A stretch of 64,000 nt of DNA from Macrostomum lignano (taxonomy: Eukaryota), in assembly GCA_002269645.1 (NCBI GenBank), contig NIVC01003996.1, positions 2,001-66,000 of the forward strand. Direction: 5' to 3'. Position numbers and translations under genes: made by a program. Positions 59,601-64,000 of this stretch are shown here, piece by piece. Every line of letters starts with the position of its first letter. Positions within the stretch are counted from its first letter, which is position 1. The notes beneath the pieces were generated by a model that saw nothing but the letters and a program-made list of their open reading frames with translations, did not search any database and was not told the DNA's origin.

Positions 59601-62600
59601 AGGTCCATTTAAGGTTAGCCTGAGGTCCATTTTAGGTTAGCCTGAGGTCCATTTAAGGTTAGTCTGAGGTCCATTTAAGGTTAGCCTGAGGTCCATTTAA
59701 GGTTAGCCTGAGGTCCATTTTAGGTTAGCCTGATGTCCAATTTAGTTTAGCCTGAAGTTCATTGTAGTTTAGCTTGTGGTCCATTTTATCCATTTTAGGT
59801 TGTTAGCCTGAAGTCCTTTTAGGTTAGCTTAAGGTTCATTTTAGGTTAGCCTGGGGTTCATTTTAGTTCACCCTGAGGCTTATTTTAGTTTAGCCTGGCA
59901 CTAGTATATATAGCGTGACTAAAATCAATTTTAGAATCCTGAAATGAAAGGTCCAGTTTTGAGTACAGTGCACTCAACTATCAGTTGCCAAGGCTGAATT
60001 TTTATCAAAACAGGCCCTGTAGGTCTTTGTCTCAACTCGTACTTAGTTTTGTTTATTATTATTAGAATATTGCTCCAGCTCAAGGTCATGTGAAGGTCAT
60101 CGTCTCAGATGCCCTCACATGCCTCCACGATTCGATGCTTCTTATGTGCAATAATAATAATCGTAAAACAGGAAATAAAAAACTCTCATCAACTGGAGTC
60201 TTCTTTTAGTATCCAGGGCCCCAAATAGTATCTAGGGCCTTCATATTCTAGAAGGATAACTTCAAAATCCTCTTCTATAGATCAGGCATGAGATTATCCG
60301 AATCTTCTCTCACCCTGAGACACGAGTGAGATTATTAGAATCTTCTCTCACCCTGAGACAGGAGTGAGATTATCAGAATCTTCTACTCACCCTGAGACGG
60401 GAGTGAGATTATTAGAATCTTTTCTCACCCTGAGACACGAGTGAGATTATATGAATCTTCTACTCACCCTGAGACAGGAGTGAGATTATCTTAACATAAA
60501 GAGCGGTGCTGTAATAAAATTGACCTAATTGGTCAGAATTCGGAGTTTCCTCCTGCTACAGAAGTGTTTATTGAATGATGAGGCTGACATACACGAAGTT
60601 GTTTTAATAAAGATAAGAAAGATGACAACGTTAGACAGTATGCGTCACAGCTTCTCTTCCCCTTGCCAAACTAAACCCGACCCTGTCATGCATGTCACGG
60701 TCACGTGCCAATGCCTGGATTTAGTTTAATTCCTTGCAATATTGACTATATTAATACTGAATACTTTTTTTATGAAGAGATTGCGGCAGTTGTGTATACT
60801 CGTATTCTGATTGGGTTGCTATGCCGAGAGAGAGGGAGAGGGGAGATAGATACTAGACTGGCCCTGTTTTTATGAATGAGCGATTGGGGAAGAGAGTGAG
60901 GGGTGGTAGGAGAGAGAGGAGCGAGAGGAGGGTTCGCGCCCACCCCCACCTCTTCAGCGCCTCAGCAGCGAGACACGTGACTTTGTTTTATACTCGGTAT
61001 TTAAAAAAATAATGCTTTATTACAAGTGCTCAAGGTAAAAACCAGGGGGGGGGGTGGTTTAGTATTGCCTTTGTTGGCCCCACCCCTCAAATTTCCTACA
61101 GGTTCTAAACTTTACCAGACCTGAGGTGCGGCGCTACCTCAACTACCCCAGCTAATGCTGGCACCCATTTTACAGCTGGGTGAACTGAAGCAATGCAGAG
61201 TTAAGCGTCTTGCTCAAGGACACAATTTGTTCCTTAGTGGGTCGAGAATCGAACCCCCGACTGACCTTCTAAGAAACTGGAAGTTTCCCGTACTTTTTTA
61301 GTTAATCAAAAACACGTATAAAAAGACATGCGGTATCGGGGATTCTATGTGTGGCATTGGGGAGTTCATTCGGTGCAACATTGTGGCGGTTTTTCGTGCT
61401 GAGAGAGAGAGAAGAACTGCAGGAACCAGTGGGAGAGGGAGATAAACCGCCCGCCCACTATTTCTCTCCCAATGCATGACTGACCTTCCATTGCTCCTTC
61501 GTTGTCATTGGCTGATTTTTTATTCCATATGTGGGCTGGTTGGACTGAAGTCAGCTGACCCAAAATATTTCGTAGCTTATAGACTTGAATAAGCATGGGT
61601 TCTTTTCTTAGACTTGTGAATAAACAAGTTCCTGGCGTCCTTTATTAATTATTGAATTCTTGATTATGGCTATTGTGACATTAATATTTATAAGTATAAT
61701 ATGTTTATCTGAAGACACTGAGAATTAACTCTAGCAGTGATTGGTGACACACAGGGTGCTCTAGCAGTGATTAGGTTGATTCGCTAAAAAAATGCATACC
61801 TGTTACCAACGCGTAGTTCTGTATATTCTTGCTTCTAAATTTAATAACAAAATGTTTTTTGTATAAACGAACGTAATGTACGAGCGTATATTTGGCGTCT
61901 CAATTGTTGATCTTAGCTAAGATGACTGACTGTGCTTGGCCCCTGGATAAAAGTTTGTTTGCGCTGGAAACAGCAGCTAAGCTGGGTGTCCTGTCGTTTG
62001 CCCGGTCTCCCCCTCTTCGCGACATGGCGTCAGGGTCTATTTTTGGAAATGGCCTTTTTGACAATTTTAGTTTGCATATATGCGTATGCATAGTATAGCC
62101 AGAACTAAATGGTTCTGATCTCTAATCTCTTCACGTGGTATATCTTATAGTTATTTAAGTCACCTGATTCTAAGTATCTGCGCTTCATATCTGTAGTGAG
62201 ACTGATGATTTTTAACACTGCGCAAGTCAAGTGCAATGGAAGTCTACCCTCGGGCACACGGCGCACGGGTCCAATACGTGTTGTTTAAATCTGTTAAAGC
62301 TTCTATAGAGTGCTTTGATAAATCCAACTCGTGACTGTAGTGCAAAATTCTTACCTGGAAATGCAATTTTTTTAATCTACTTCCACCTCTGGACCCTGGC
62401 GATAAGATTTGCCTAATACTAATAGTGCGTTATGAAATTCCATATGATACTACTTGCCATGTGTCTTATAAGTAATAAAAAAGGAACATGAATTTTTGGT
62501 TAACAATTTTTTTGTGAATCTGTTGCGAGCTTTAGACAGATAAAAGTTTGTGAATCTGTTTAAATTTTGTTTCTGGGTACTAAGATAAGAACCTTGTATA

Positions 62601-63105
62601 ACTTTTACGAGTATTCTCGTGCTTCATTTTTTAGTCCAGCCTCTACATTTATGCTCCTTCCTGTCACTCGCTTTCTCCATCTCTCACTCTGTCCGTCTAA
62701 ATCTTACTCTCTCACTCTCACTCTCTCACTTCCACTCTCTCACTCTCGCTCGCTCCGACTCTCACTCTCACTCTCACTCTCACTCACTCCCTCGCTATGC
62801 AGTTCCAGCGTCTGCGCGGTTACTCGGTGAGCGAGACGGAGCGCCAGGGTCGTTCATCTGGCGACGGCGCCGGCGCCGTTGGAGGCGGCAGCGCCTCGTC
62901 GTACCCGGGCGATCCAATGTCGCACTTCATGCACGACCGTCGCCAGCAGCAGCAACAGCCACAGCGACGTCAGTCGTGGCTCGGCCGAGCCCTGTACACT
63001 CTCTCCGGCGCTGGAATTTCCAGCGAAGAGGCCGAAGAAGATGGCCATGCTGATGCGGATCGAGACGATTATAGTCGGGGATTCGATGGCGGCGAGATGG
63101 ACTAA
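41617..63105 (+). CDS. BH3-only pro-apoptotic protein candidate with BAD-like Akt/14-3-3 motifs, 4 exons, ~489 aa
   Basis: Exons 41617-42415 (G|GTGAGT), 47184-47315 (T|GTAAGT), 57789-58024 (GTG|GTAAGT) and 62803-63105 have matching phases (1,1,0). Total 1470 nt, in frame. BH3 motif VAMRLRHIGDEID at 57944-57982; RVRSQSVP at 57857-57880. The rest is low-complexity, disorder-like sequence with no BH1/BH2. Extra exons inside the large introns cannot be excluded. Confidence 0.75.
43090..43345. repeat. TCTCATTCTGGCACTCCACCC(CC)AG minisatellite
   Basis: Tandem copies. Confidence 0.9.
45345..46440. repeat. ~24-27 bp satellite (GTCAGATCTCGGAATCTAATGGGGT)
   Basis: About 42 copies. Confidence 0.95.
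47455..48660. repeat. 22-bp satellite (GAGTGCCATTTTCCAGTTTGGG)
   Basis: More than 50 copies. Confidence 0.95.
49350..50405. repeat. 22-bp satellite (GGGATTCTCGATTCGGGATAAT) with ~500-bp higher-order duplication
   Basis: The variant order starting near 49460 recurs near 49958. Confidence 0.93.
50703..51556. mobile_element. Possible hAT-type non-autonomous element with CT-rich interior
   Basis: Left end CAGGGGTTGGCAAACTCCGGCCCG, subterminal TGGCCCGC repeats, imperfect right end TTCGACCCCT. A similar left end lies at 223-247. No TSD recognised. Confidence 0.4.
52005..54965. repeat. 20-bp satellite (CAGAGTCACTAGATGGAGTG and variants), ~148 copies
   Basis: Strict 20-bp register over about 3 kb. 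Confidence 0.97.
55790..57640. repeat. 48-bp (2x24) satellite of TTCTAAGAA/TTCTTAGAA units grading into a 21-bp TTCCAAGAA array
   Basis: The 16-aa period in ORF 55872-56981 reflects the 48-bp unit. The 3' part has unit AATTCCAAGAAATGACCCTAATC. Confidence 0.95.
58105..59760. repeat. 22-bp satellite (TTAGCCTGAGGTCCATTT[T/A]AGG), ~75 copies
   Basis: Tandem copies. Confidence 0.97.
60290..60490. repeat. ~41-bp tandem repeat, 5 copies
   Basis: GAATCTTCTCTCACCCTGAGACA[C/G]GAGTGAGATTAT repeated. Confidence 0.9.
61120..61262 (-). mobile_element. SINE family B (CORE-like), 5'-truncated copy
   Basis: Reverse complement contains GGGGGTTCGATTCTCGACC..GTGTCCTTGAGCAAGACGCTTAACTCTGCATTGCTTCAGTTCACCCAGCTGTAAAATGGGTGCCAGCATTA, matching 34080-34155. 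Confidence 0.8.
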
Positions 63106-63284
63106 AGTGATTTGATGAAGCTGTTGTCAAAGTTGAAATTCTACTGTTGTGTGGGCGTACGCGATGACAGGGTACATGCTGACTTGATGTATATGCGTTC
63201 ATATATATCCCGTCATTTAGACATTTGGGCTTGTTGGGGTCGAGCTTTTGTTCAATATTGTTGAGCTTATTTATATATAGTTTC

Positions 63285-64000
<716 letters not shown>

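Noticed and set aside
58105-59760. Telomere-like TTAGG/TTAGGG words (also in the 33-mer at 28045-28510)
   Set aside because: They are single words embedded in longer units, not tandem telomeric repeats.

Overview
This is eukaryotic (animal) genomic DNA with GT-AG introns and a very high load of 12-60 bp minisatellites. The repeat landscape and a lophotrochozoan-type GluCl suggest a flatworm such as Macrostomum; this is an inference. Six protein genes can be assembled by hand: (1) an intronless secreted PAN/apple plus LamG-like gene disrupted by two frameshifts and a stop; (2) an intronless coiled-coil plus NHL-repeat gene with one frameshift, bracketed by inverted tRNA-derived SINEs; (3) an intact 11-exon anion-selective Cys-loop channel with the loop-A Arg of lophotrochozoan glutamate-gated chloride channels; (4) an SLC16/MCT transporter with an apparently mutated splice donor; (5) an SLC5 sodium:solute symporter with two frameshifts; (6) an intact 4-exon, ~489-aa BH3-only protein with several BAD-like Akt/14-3-3 motifs. 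There are two SINE families (one with a CORE-like domain) and about 30 tandem arrays. The most unusual observations are the BAD-like BH3-only gene and a sharply bounded ~2.7 kb block (35532-38255) with only two CpGs, which contains CpG-decayed copies of repeats that keep their CpGs elsewhere in the window. Most long ORFs in the supplied track are artefacts of tandem repeats.
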